Notes: a model not told the origin generated them from the letters alone. A stretch of 31,076 bases of DNA from a virus (IMGVR_UViG_3300020042_009361:1-31076); one strand, 5' to 3'; positions 1 to 7,099 are shown, numbered from the stretch's first letter. Numbers and translations are program-made.

Positions 1-1
1 G

Positions 2-49
2 TACAATATGTCTCGTCGTCGTATGAAGACTATCGAGTTAGTGGGTTAA
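2..49 (+). CDS. 3' end of a gene truncated by the window edge (..YNMSRRRMKTIELVG*)
   Basis: Open frame from the window edge to TAA at 47-49, followed by the same CATGTGTGTGTTTTTA + hairpin module that follows the stop at 1862. Confidence 0.45.
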   Translation, partial: YNMSRRRMKTIELVG

Positions 50-57
50 TACCCAGC

Positions 58-112
58 CATGTGTGTGTTTTTACAAGTAGGGGCCCAAAGGGGCCCCATC
101 TTGTTGTGTACC
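58..112 (+). repeat. 3' module copy 1: CATGTGTGTGTTTTTA + GGGGCCC hairpin + TGTACC
   Basis: 16 bp identical to 1867-1882; stem 80-86/91-97; TGTACC 107-112. Confidence 0.75.
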
Positions 113-137
113 TTCCTTAAACCCCCTTACACCTTTG

Positions 138-167
138 TTTGGCTCAGCTGAACATAGATGTTATATT
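138..167 (+). promoter_or_regulatory. Early promoter repeat (TTTGGC-N18-TATATT)
   Basis: TTTGGC 138-143, GATGTTATATT 157-167; resembles the Bacteroidota -33 TTTG / -7 TAnnTTTG promoter; fixed spacing in at least 12 copies. Confidence 0.85.
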
Positions 168-190
168 CAGGTATAATTAAAAACACGAAT

Positions 191-463
191 ATGAAAAATT
201 TCAGAGAAGAACAAATTAACTCAACTAAAGACCATTGCATTAACCAGTATTGGGAGAAGGATGTAAAGGTAGATGGTGTAAACATTACTTTTTATTACTG
301 GAGAAGAAAGGAAGGATGTAAAGGTTTTACAGGTGAAGAACGAATTATGAAGGTAGTAGGAGTTAAGGATGGTAAAAAGAGAATGGTTAGAAGTGTTTGG
401 ACACTTAATTTAGGAGAAGGACATTGTATTAAGGACATTATAAATAAATTTAAAGGGGTTTAA
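191..463 (+). CDS. Hypothetical early protein (90 aa, basic)
   Basis: ORF; start moved from 158 (inside promoter) to ATG 191 after A-rich leader. Confidence 0.75.
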   Translation: MKNFREEQINSTKDHCINQYWEKDVKVDGVNITFYYWRRKEGCKGFTGEERIMKVVGVKDGKKRMVRSVWTLNLGEGHCIKDIINKFKGV

Positions 464-470
464 CCCTTTG

Positions 471-500
471 TTTGGCTTAACGGGACATAGATGTTATATT
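471..500 (+). promoter_or_regulatory. Early promoter repeat
   Basis: TTTGGC 471-476, GATGTTATATT 490-500; 467-525 matches 1021-1079 at 57/59. Confidence 0.85.
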
Positions 501-527
501 TAACCATAATTAAAAAACATAAACACA

Positions 528-737
528 ATGGAATTATTAAAACATGAAATTGAGGGTCAAGTAGTTGAAAACACTTACACTATTCAACATCCAAAGGAAG
601 GAGTATTAGTGTATAAAGAGTTTATTGACTCTAGTAATGGTAAATGTATTGATTTCATTTTACGTAGTAAAGATGGATATGAAATTGATGATGCAAGTTT
701 GGTTGAAGAAGTACAAGAATTTATTGATAACCTATAA
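528..737 (+). CDS. Hypothetical early protein (69 aa, acidic)
   Basis: ORF directly after promoter/leader repeat. Confidence 0.8.
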   Translation: MELLKHEIEGQVVENTYTIQHPKEGVLVYKEFIDSSNGKCIDFILRSKDGYEIDDASLVEEVQEFIDNL

Positions 738-747
738 TTATAGACAC

Positions 748-1017
748 ATGGACTACAATAAACACACTGACGAAGTATTAGAACGCTTACAGGCACATCA
801 AGTTCTAGAGATACTGGCTATGGCTAACCAATCAATAAGCCAGGCATTAACACAGATACAGGAACTAGAGCATAACTCGATGATGTACCTGGATATGAGA
901 CCAACTAGGGAGATCATGGACGACATAAACGCCTTGCATTTACACCTACACTTCCTAGACTCCGCTAAGTCATTCGCTAAAAATGAAATACATGAGATAG
1001 GGTTTTACCTTAACTAA
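748..1017 (+). CDS. Hypothetical helical protein (89 aa)
   Basis: ATG 748 (MDYNKH..) avoids overlap with upstream gene; stop abuts next repeat. Confidence 0.75.
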   Translation: MDYNKHTDEVLERLQAHQVLEILAMANQSISQALTQIQELEHNSMMYLDMRPTREIMDDINALHLHLHFLDSAKSFAKNEIHEIGFYLN

Positions 1018-1024
1018 CCATTTG

Positions 1025-1054
1025 TTTGGCTTAACGGGACATAGATGTTATATT
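1025..1054 (+). promoter_or_regulatory. Early promoter repeat
   Basis: TTTGGC 1025-1030, GATGTTATATT 1044-1054. Confidence 0.85.
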
Positions 1055-1080
1055 CAATCATAATTAAAAAACATAAACAT

Positions 1081-1263
1081 ATGAAGACATTTAAGGTAGA
1101 AGAAACAGTTTTGAAAACAGTTAAACGAGTTTATTTTGTGGATGCTGAGGATGAGGAAGCAGCGGTTCACCGAGTGATGAGTCATCAGAAGGATGTTGAT
1201 GAGGAGGATGAGGTGGATGAAGAAGTAACTGATTATAAGGTAAAGAAATACAAATTTAAATAA
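1081..1263 (+). CDS. Hypothetical small acidic protein (60 aa)
   Basis: ATG 1081 after leader; DVDEEDEVDEEV tract. Confidence 0.75.
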   Translation: MKTFKVEETVLKTVKRVYFVDAEDEEAAVHRVMSHQKDVDEEDEVDEEVTDYKVKKYKFK

Positions 1264-1270
1264 CCTTAGA

Positions 1271-1300
1271 TTTGGCTCTCGGAGGACAGGACGTTATATT
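1271..1300 (+). promoter_or_regulatory. Early promoter repeat
   Basis: TTTGGC 1271-1276, GACGTTATATT 1290-1300. Confidence 0.8.
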
Positions 1301-1325
1301 TAGATTAATAATAAAAACAGATAAC

Positions 1326-1862
1326 ATGAAAACAGTATTAGAACAATTAACAGAGTTAAAGGAAAAGATTGATGCAATCGAAAATGCAATATGTGGCGAC
1401 ACATCATCAGAATTTGAACCATGTTGCAGCGGTGAATGTGATTGCGGATGTGATGAACCACCTGTGGAGGTGGAAGATGACAGCCCAGAGTATGATGGTG
1501 CTGGGTTTACTCATGCAGATAGAGTAGTGGATAGTCAATACATGGTAACAGAGGATAATAAGTACGCGGGACATGTTCACCTTACCAGAGCAGAGATGAT
1601 CGACTTCGCCACTAGGTTAACAGAACGAGTAATCGCCTCAGTTAAGGAAGCAGTCACAAACACTAGTTTGGATGTAGATGACTTGGTCACTCTAGAGCTA
1701 AATACTTGGAATGGTAATACAATTGAAATGGAGTTGGATAAGGATACACTCACTAATAACATCAATAGTGAAATTGAGGATGCGGTTTGTTTAGATGTAG
1801 ATTCAATAAATGATGAGATAGATGATATTTTTGGGGACATGTACCTAGAGAGGATCAGTTAA
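1326..1862 (+). CDS. Highly acidic protein with CCSGECDCGCD cysteine cluster (178 aa)
   Basis: ATG 1326 after leader; D/E-rich throughout. Confidence 0.8.
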   Translation: MKTVLEQLTELKEKIDAIENAICGDTSSEFEPCCSGECDCGCDEPPVEVEDDSPEYDGAGFTHADRVVDSQYMVTEDNKYAGHVHLTRAEMIDFATRLTERVIASVKEAVTNTSLDVDDLVTLELNTWNGNTIEMELDKDTLTNNINSEIEDAVCLDVDSINDEIDDIFGDMYLERIS

Positions 1863-1866
1863 GTAG

Positions 1867-1924
1867 CATGTGTGTGTTTTTAATTATATAGGAGTTGGGG
1901 CCGCTTGCGGCCCCTCTCTGTACC
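1867..1924 (+). repeat. 3' module copy 2: CATGTGTGTGTTTTTAATTATA + GGGGCCG hairpin + TGTACC
   Basis: Matches 58-112; stem 1897-1903/1908-1914 (terminator-like or stabilising hairpin). Confidence 0.75.
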
Positions 1925-1928
1925 TAGG

Positions 1929-1958
1929 TTTGGCCTCTGGTAAAGGTGATGTTATATT
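1929..1958 (+). promoter_or_regulatory. Early promoter repeat
   Basis: TTTGGC 1929-1934, GATGTTATATT 1948-1958. Confidence 0.85.
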
Positions 1959-1982
1959 TAGTCATAATTAAATAACACGAAC

Positions 1983-2246
1983 ATGAACAAAACAGAATCA
2001 AGAAAAGCGCTTAACAAGCTAGTATTTGAAATGGTAACATCATTAGGTTACAATATCGATGATGATGGGGATGGAGGACGAGTAACGTTTATCAAACCTA
2101 ACTTCAAAAATTATCATGACAGTATTGATTATCACAAATCACGTTTTGACATTTGCGTTTTAAATGACGCTAGTGATAAGGTTAAGGAGGATGGTGAGAC
2201 AATTGAGTGGTTTATTAATGTACAAAGAAAAGCATTAGACATATGA
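1983..2246 (+). CDS. Hypothetical early protein (87 aa)
   Basis: ORF after promoter repeat; ATGA coupling to next gene. Confidence 0.8.
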   Translation: MNKTESRKALNKLVFEMVTSLGYNIDDDGDGGRVTFIKPNFKNYHDSIDYHKSRFDICVLNDASDKVKEDGETIEWFINVQRKALDI

Positions 2247-2578
2247 GTAAATTTAAAGCAACAGAAAACGAGTGGCACAATGGTTTCCACATCACATTTA
2301 AGAACGGTTATACCATAAGTGTTCAATTCGGTAAAGGTAATTACTCAGACAAAGGTGAGACCACAGCTGAGATAGCAGCGTGGGGCCCTGATGGTGAGTG
2401 GATGATACTAGGTGAGGGTGATACCGTTAGAGGATGGTGTTCACCAGATGAGGTACTCGAGGTCATGAACACAGTAGCGAGCCAGGGTAAGAAAAAGATG
2501 TCTACATTTAAGGTGTTACGCCTAGCATTATACATCGCATTAGTAACAGCAGTAATAATATTAATAATAGCAGTATGA
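2243..2578 (+). CDS. Hypothetical protein with C-terminal transmembrane anchor
   Basis: FHITFKNGYTISVQF beta domain; hydrophobic tail LALYIALVTAVIILIIAV; 4-nt overlaps at both ends. Confidence 0.8.
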   Translation: MSKFKATENEWHNGFHITFKNGYTISVQFGKGNYSDKGETTAEIAAWGPDGEWMILGEGDTVRGWCSPDEVLEVMNTVASQGKKKMSTFKVLRLALYIALVTAVIILIIAV

Positions 2579-3123
2579 AACGCCTAGTAATACACCCGAC
2601 AGACGAGTCCACAGACTTCCTAGCGCCAATATACAACCGCTTACCAGACGTCACGTTAGTGACTACAGGATGTAGCCGGCTCGAGCTCATGGATATGATA
2701 GACGAACACGATCAGGTGATCATGTTAGGTCATGGAACGCCAGGTGGGTTGTTGAATGTATCAGGATTCAGATCAGGCATGTACATTGTAGATGCACTGG
2801 TGGCTGAAGCATTAGCGGTTAAGGACAATAGCATATTCATCTGGTGCAACGCGGACCAGTTTGTTAACAGACATAAGCTCAAGGGCATGTACTCAGGGAT
2901 GTTCATCAGCGAGGTAGCGGAAGCGTCTTACTTTAAAATATTGACAGACCAGGATACAGTAGACAGATCCAATGATACGTTCGCGCAGTTGTTAGGTGAA
3001 CGTTTACTGGTGTCAGACGCCATGGATGAGATACATACCAGTGTAGGTCATCAATACCGCTTACTAGCGGAGACAAACGACATCGCTAGGTACAACAGTG
3101 ATAGATGGTATATAAGTAGGTAA
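2575..3123 (+). CDS. Hypothetical protein, possible clan CD (caspase/gingipain-like) fold
   Basis: VIMLGHG and IFIWCNA strand-His-Gly / strand-Cys motifs; ORF solid, function inferred. Confidence 0.6.
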   Translation: MKRLVIHPTDESTDFLAPIYNRLPDVTLVTTGCSRLELMDMIDEHDQVIMLGHGTPGGLLNVSGFRSGMYIVDALVAEALAVKDNSIFIWCNADQFVNRHKLKGMYSGMFISEVAEASYFKILTDQDTVDRSNDTFAQLLGERLLVSDAMDEIHTSVGHQYRLLAETNDIARYNSDRWYISR

Positions 3124-3130
3124 CCTCTTG

Positions 3131-3160
3131 TTTGGCCTTATGGACATATGATGTTATATT
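3131..3160 (+). promoter_or_regulatory. Early promoter repeat
   Basis: TTTGGC 3131-3136, GATGTTATATT 3150-3160. Confidence 0.85.
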
Positions 3161-3186
3161 TAATCATAATTAAAAAACATAAACAT

Positions 3187-3381
3187 ATGAAACCAAAAAG
3201 CACTTATTTAATTTTCATGGACCGTCGTGACATCTTTAATTACATCACAATCAAATGTGTTAGCGGAGAATTAAACCAAGCATTAGTTAAAGAAGAATTG
3301 ATGATGAATGGTAACCACTGGCAGGATTTTAATTGGGTTATCTTTAAGGATAGTGTTTTATTAGGTGCGTACAGTGAGTAA
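3187..3381 (+). CDS. Hypothetical early protein (64 aa)
   Basis: ATG 3187 after leader; single-gene unit between two repeats. Confidence 0.75.
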   Translation: MKPKSTYLIFMDRRDIFNYITIKCVSGELNQALVKEELMMNGNHWQDFNWVIFKDSVLLGAYSE

Positions 3382-3387
3382 CACTTG

Positions 3388-3417
3388 TTTGGCTTAGCGA
3401 GACAGGGATGTTATATT
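3388..3417 (+). promoter_or_regulatory. Early promoter repeat
   Basis: TTTGGC 3388-3393, GATGTTATATT 3407-3417; 3407-3436 identical to 157-186. Confidence 0.85.
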
Positions 3418-3443
3418 CAGGTATAATTAAAAACACATATAAT

Positions 3444-3701
3444 ATGAAATTTAGATCAGACAATGAAGCCCCAGTAACAGCAGTTGAAACGGCAATCGAA
3501 AACATTTTAGTAAACAACGGTTACGACGCTAGTGATATCCAATTCCGTATATTCAAAGACAACGAACGTTATTTGAGAATCGGTTACTGGCAACGCTTAA
3601 ACGAAGACATTAGAGTGCAGTTATCAGGTCTGGTAGTATCTGAGTTTGACATGTACGATGACGACTGTGGTTACTTATTCAGTTACGAAATTAAACACTA
3701 A
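3444..3701 (+). CDS. Hypothetical early protein (85 aa)
   Basis: ATG 3444 after leader. Confidence 0.75.
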   Translation: MKFRSDNEAPVTAVETAIENILVNNGYDASDIQFRIFKDNERYLRIGYWQRLNEDIRVQLSGLVVSEFDMYDDDCGYLFSYEIKH

Positions 3702-3714
3702 TTAAAAACCAGAT

Positions 3715-3924
3715 ATGAACAGATTAATTCAATACATCGAAGCCAATTTAGATCGTTTCTCAAACATGGATGAGGACGAGGTAATAGAGTTAGACGCTCA
3801 CTACATGGATGATGACATAGTTGAGTACTTGAAAGGAACAACCCAATATATGTACAAAGGGATCTGCATGTACTATGTAGGCGAAAGTGATGAAGTGTGG
3901 ATCGAAAAAGTAGACATACCATGA
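3715..3924 (+). CDS. Hypothetical acidic protein (69 aa)
   Basis: ORF with A-rich leader. Confidence 0.75.
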   Translation: MNRLIQYIEANLDRFSNMDEDEVIELDAHYMDDDIVEYLKGTTQYMYKGICMYYVGESDEVWIEKVDIP

Positions 3925-4058
3925 TAGAATATAAGCGAATGAGGATAATGACTCACAACCAAATAGGTTTAATGATCACTTGGGGCACTTCTGTTATACC
4001 AAAACGCAGATACATCTCATTAGACATTCCATTTTTAATCATCCAATTTTATATATAA
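3921..4058 (+). CDS. Small hypothetical protein (45 aa, MIEYKRMRIM..FLIIQFYI), not in ORF track
   Basis: ATGA overlap with upstream stop; fills the gap to 4067. Confidence 0.55.
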   Translation: MIEYKRMRIMTHNQIGLMITWGTSVIPKRRYISLDIPFLIIQFYI

Positions 4059-4066
4059 TTAAGAAC

Positions 4067-4252
4067 ATGAACGCTAAAAAATTCATAATCGAATACACTG
4101 GTAAGACAATAGATCAATTTCCTGAACACCAGTTCAATCCATACCCAGCAACTGCACCAGCATGGGAGGTGTTAGACCAGAATGGAGCCTCTAGGTTCGT
4201 CGGTCCATATCAAGCGTGTGAAAACTTCATCCAAATGTACTACCAACGATGA
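4067..4252 (+). CDS. Hypothetical protein (61 aa)
   Basis: ATG 4067 (MNAKKF..) preferred to TTG 3980. Confidence 0.7.
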   Translation: MNAKKFIIEYTGKTIDQFPEHQFNPYPATAPAWEVLDQNGASRFVGPYQACENFIQMYYQR

Positions 4253-4413
4253 TGACAACGATGAGCTACAACGCCGCGCTAGTGATGATGGAGGTCCATC
4301 GTCAACAAGTGCCACATGGTGAACTGTCACCTAATATGGTGAAGACGATCGCCGATGAAATTCACGTCCCACTGACTAGTGAGGAGGTGGTTTACATATC
4401 CGACCACGCTTGA
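4249..4413 (+). CDS. Small hypothetical protein (54 aa, MMTTMSYNAAL..ISDHA), not in ORF track
   Basis: ATGA overlap with upstream stop; TGA 4411-4413. Confidence 0.6.
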   Translation: MMTTMSYNAALVMMEVHRQQVPHGELSPNMVKTIADEIHVPLTSEEVVYISDHA

Positions 4414-4660
4414 TCCTCCTACATCGCATAAGTGTGCGTGTACACGGTATGTACATATGCGGTACTGCGCTCACGCTACCATGCGCGTTGATATCCATAT
4501 ACCCGGTAGTCCTGAAAACCCGTGGAATGGATTAACTTTCAGATCGTAAACGATCTTTACACGCCGATTTGTATATACATATATACTACCCAACAACACA
4601 CCTCAAATCCCAAACTAACCCCTTCAACCAAAAATCACAAGAGATGAAAAAACTCCTCTA
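4414..4660. other. Non-coding palindrome-rich region with G-free tract (candidate genome end / packaging site / origin)
   Basis: Palindromes GTGTACAC, ATGTACAT, TGTATATACA; hairpin 4541-4556; no G on + strand 4572-4640. Confidence 0.4.
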
Positions 4661-4668
4661 ACAAAAAG

Positions 4669-4698
4669 TTTGGCATCGAGTGAGTATATACATATATT
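4669..4698 (+). promoter_or_regulatory. Promoter (TTTGGC-N18-TATATT), divergent spacer
   Basis: TTTGGC 4669-4674, TATATT 4693-4698; same spacing as other copies. Confidence 0.75.
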
Positions 4699-4718
4699 CA
4701 TATATAAAATAAAAACAT

Positions 4719-4976
4719 ATGATTTCACCAAGAGCAATTAGAAAAAACATTACCATTAAATTCGATGGTAAGGTAGTAGACAAAGCAGTGGTAGTAGAAG
4801 CGAGTAAAACATGGGAACCTAAGCATGCAACGCTATTCACGAAGTTGCTAAAACAGGGTGGTAAATTCACTGCTAACGGCGTTATAGTCGAAGTAATACC
4901 ACAGGAACAAATGTTAACTTCACGAGGTGAAAAAGATGGTGGTATCATCACTTCAGATCCTTTAGCACGATTTTAA
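4719..4976 (+). CDS. Hypothetical basic protein (85 aa)
   Basis: ORF after promoter and A-rich leader. Confidence 0.8.
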   Translation: MISPRAIRKNITIKFDGKVVDKAVVVEASKTWEPKHATLFTKLLKQGGKFTANGVIVEVIPQEQMLTSRGEKDGGIITSDPLARF

Positions 4977-4977
4977 T

Positions 4978-5157
4978 ATGAAAGACAAAATAAAAGCACA
5001 CCTAAAAGCAATAGGAACAATGTTAGCAATAGTAGGAGCATCAATAATACTATCGCTATTACCACCAAAGGTAATATTAGCACTAACATTATTAACGCCA
5101 ATAGCATTTATATATTGGTTAATATATGAAAACTTCTTACGCAATAGAAAAAAATAA
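4978..5157 (+). CDS. Small membrane protein (59 aa, 2 hydrophobic segments), not in ORF track
   Basis: MKDKIKAHLKAIGTMLAIVGASIILSLLPPKVILALTLLTPIAFIYWLIYENFLRNRKK; fits exactly between neighbours. Confidence 0.7.
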   Translation: MKDKIKAHLKAIGTMLAIVGASIILSLLPPKVILALTLLTPIAFIYWLIYENFLRNRKK

Positions 5158-5161
5158 AAAG

Positions 5162-5404
5162 ATGGCAAAATTAACAATAGAATTTGACCTCGTTGAGGAA
5201 GCAGAAGGAATACACTCTGCACTATACGGATACAAGTATAGAAGTTTACTTTGGGAACTAGACCAAAAACTCCGTAGCGTCCATAAGTATGGAGCCGCAT
5301 TACAAGGTCAAGGTGAGGCAACATCTGAAGAAATGGATGTATGTTACCGTCTAAGAGACGTTATTAGAGAAATGCTACAAGAAGATAACTTAACAATAGA
5401 ATAA
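5162..5404 (+). CDS. Hypothetical protein (80 aa)
   Basis: ATG 5162 (MAKLTIEFDL..) follows stop at 5157. Confidence 0.75.
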   Translation: MAKLTIEFDLVEEAEGIHSALYGYKYRSLLWELDQKLRSVHKYGAALQGQGEATSEEMDVCYRLRDVIREMLQEDNLTIE

Positions 5405-5429
5405 ATCGTATATACGTATTAAAGTGCAA

Positions 5430-5467
5430 TAAGATGGGGTTCACACATGGACCTCTCTTACTTTTTT
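5430..5467 (+). terminator. Putative intrinsic terminator
   Basis: TAAGATGGGGTTCA-caca-TGGACCTCTCTTA imperfect stem with G-U pairs, then T6. Confidence 0.45.
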
Positions 5468-5469
5468 AA

Positions 5470-5477
5470 TATTTATA
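5470..5477 (+). promoter_or_regulatory. Putative late promoter TATTTATA
   Basis: Motif recurs 3-17 nt before ATG of nine genes in the window. Confidence 0.6.
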
Positions 5478-5480
5478 ACC

Positions 5481-6440
5481 ATGATAAAACTTACTGATTT
5501 ACTTAAAGAATTAGACCTACGTAGTGGGGACCTAGATGATAATATCACTTTAGAACAGGTATTAATAGCGTTTATAGAAGATTTTAATTTAGATGAAGAT
5601 GAATTTATTACTGTAAGTAAAGGTAAGTTTAATTCTGATGTGTTTACTTTAAAACCTAGTATTCCATTTAACCCTCGTTTAATTAAAAAGAGTATTATCA
5701 TAGCAGATGGTGAATATGAATTCATAGTACCTTCTTCTTATCGTGGTACTTTATATTTAGTGAATACTAAAGGTACTACTTTAGATGATTATGTTATAGG
5801 GCAAGTAGAGGTAGAAAAAATATATATTAACGCGAATTCAGGGCGTACTAAACCATATCGCCTACCTGGTGCAGAGATACATTTAACATATATTAGCCCG
5901 AAGTACCGCGGAAAAGGACTGGGTGTTAAGATGTATACTATGTTATTAGAAGCATATAAGACAATTTTCTCAGATAATACCTTATATCCAGGTAGTTGGA
6001 ATCTATGGATTAGTAAGTTAGCCCCTATAGGTTTACAAAGTGGTAATTTTATTGGGGGTGAAGTAGGTGGAATTATTGTTCCGTTCACTCCTGCAGATAT
6101 AAGTGATTCTAGTTTAATGCAAGGTATAGGAGTGGACCATTTAATACTGTCCACTGAGCCACCTCAAGTGTTACTTGATATTAAACAGGCTTTATCTGGA
6201 TTATCTCTATCTAGTGGTGATTATGGGATTTATGAATCAACTACAAAAATTAAAGTAACTGAGTTAGATGCAATTGTTGATGAGTCTGCTTCAATCGAAG
6301 AAGTAATTGAAGGAGCCGATTTAATGCAAATGGTTGGGTTGAATGACGATGATAACTACCCAGTTATAGTAGTAGCAACTCAGGACGCTTTAGCGGTGAT
6401 TCGCGAGGTAGGTGACGATGTTACTCTAGAAATCGTCTAA
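5481..6440 (+). CDS. GNAT-fold acetyltransferase-like protein with MIKLTDLLKE leader
   Basis: EIHLTYISPKYRGKGLGVKMY matches GNAT motif A (R/Q-x-x-G-x-G/A). Confidence 0.7.
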   Translation: MIKLTDLLKELDLRSGDLDDNITLEQVLIAFIEDFNLDEDEFITVSKGKFNSDVFTLKPSIPFNPRLIKKSIIIADGEYEFIVPSSYRGTLYLVNTKGTTLDDYVIGQVEVEKIYINANSGRTKPYRLPGAEIHLTYISPKYRGKGLGVKMYTMLLEAYKTIFSDNTLYPGSWNLWISKLAPIGLQSGNFIGGEVGGIIVPFTPADISDSSLMQGIGVDHLILSTEPPQVLLDIKQALSGLSLSSGDYGIYESTTKIKVTELDAIVDESASIEEVIEGADLMQMVGLNDDDNYPVIVVATQDALAVIREVGDDVTLEIV

Positions 6441-6492
6441 TCCATTAATTTTCAACATTCTAGTACCTTTCTGTAACCTTTCCGGTTGAATG

Positions 6493-6522
6493 TTTGGCTT
6501 CTGGGGGAGTTGATGTTATATT
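6493..6522 (+). promoter_or_regulatory. Early promoter repeat
   Basis: TTTGGC 6493-6498, GATGTTATATT 6512-6522. Confidence 0.85.
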
Positions 6523-6550
6523 TAGCTTATAATAATTAATAATAACGGTT

Positions 6551-6721
6551 ATGAGCACAACAATGATTATCTTTTTAATTTTAGGAGCAGTAGTTACACG
6601 AGTAATCGCAACTAAAAAAGCTGGAGTTAAACCAACAACTAAACAGGAAATGGTTAACTTTTTATGTAACGTGACTATTAATTTTGCAATTTATATCACT
6701 TTAACAATCATTTTCGGTTAA
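6551..6721 (+). CDS. Small membrane protein (56 aa), not in ORF track
   Basis: MSTTMIIFLILGAVVTRVIATKK..FAIYITLTIIFG; single-gene unit between two promoter repeats. Confidence 0.7.
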   Translation: MSTTMIIFLILGAVVTRVIATKKAGVKPTTKQEMVNFLCNVTINFAIYITLTIIFG

Positions 6722-6724
6722 GAG

Positions 6725-6754
6725 TTTGGCTCACCAGGATAAGGATGTTATATT
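6725..6754 (+). promoter_or_regulatory. Early promoter repeat
   Basis: TTTGGC 6725-6730, GATGTTATATT 6744-6754. Confidence 0.85.
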
Positions 6755-6784
6755 TAGGTATAATTAAAAACACAAATAAAGGTT

Positions 6785-7078
6785 ATGAAAAAAAGAGGAC
6801 GCCCACCCGGGACAAAGAAACAAGAAGTTAAATTAGAAGTAAGCACAGCTGAACCTATAAAAAGAGGCCGTAAGGCAGTTCAAAAAATATTTATTGTACC
6901 TACAATTGATGCCTTAGAAGGTGAATTTGAAGGTACTACACCTGAGAGATTAAAGATATATGCAGACCAGGCAGTTCTTTTAGCTCAAGATATAGATAAG
7001 GATCCATGGAGAATGGATTATAGAGAAAAATACAGAAACACAATCAGTCGTATGTGTTCATTAATTCAAGAATTATAA
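6785..7078 (+). CDS. Protein with AT-hook-like motifs (putative DNA binding)
   Basis: KKRGRPPG and KRGRKA. Confidence 0.65.
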   Translation: MKKRGRPPGTKKQEVKLEVSTAEPIKRGRKAVQKIFIVPTIDALEGEFEGTTPERLKIYADQAVLLAQDIDKDPWRMDYREKYRNTISRMCSLIQEL

Positions 7079-7099
7079 ACAAATAAATAAATAAAGGTT

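Noticed and set aside
134-3420. CRISPR array interpretation of the recurring repeats
   Set aside because: Spacing is 250-1200 bp and irregular, intervals are ORFs, repeats are degenerate, no cas genes
158-3443. Shared N-terminal peptide MLYS(G/I)IIK(N/K) in ORFs 158, 1045, 3148, 3408 suggesting a protein family
   Set aside because: Artefact of translating the promoter repeat; those ATGs lie within GATGTTATATT upstream of the expected TSS
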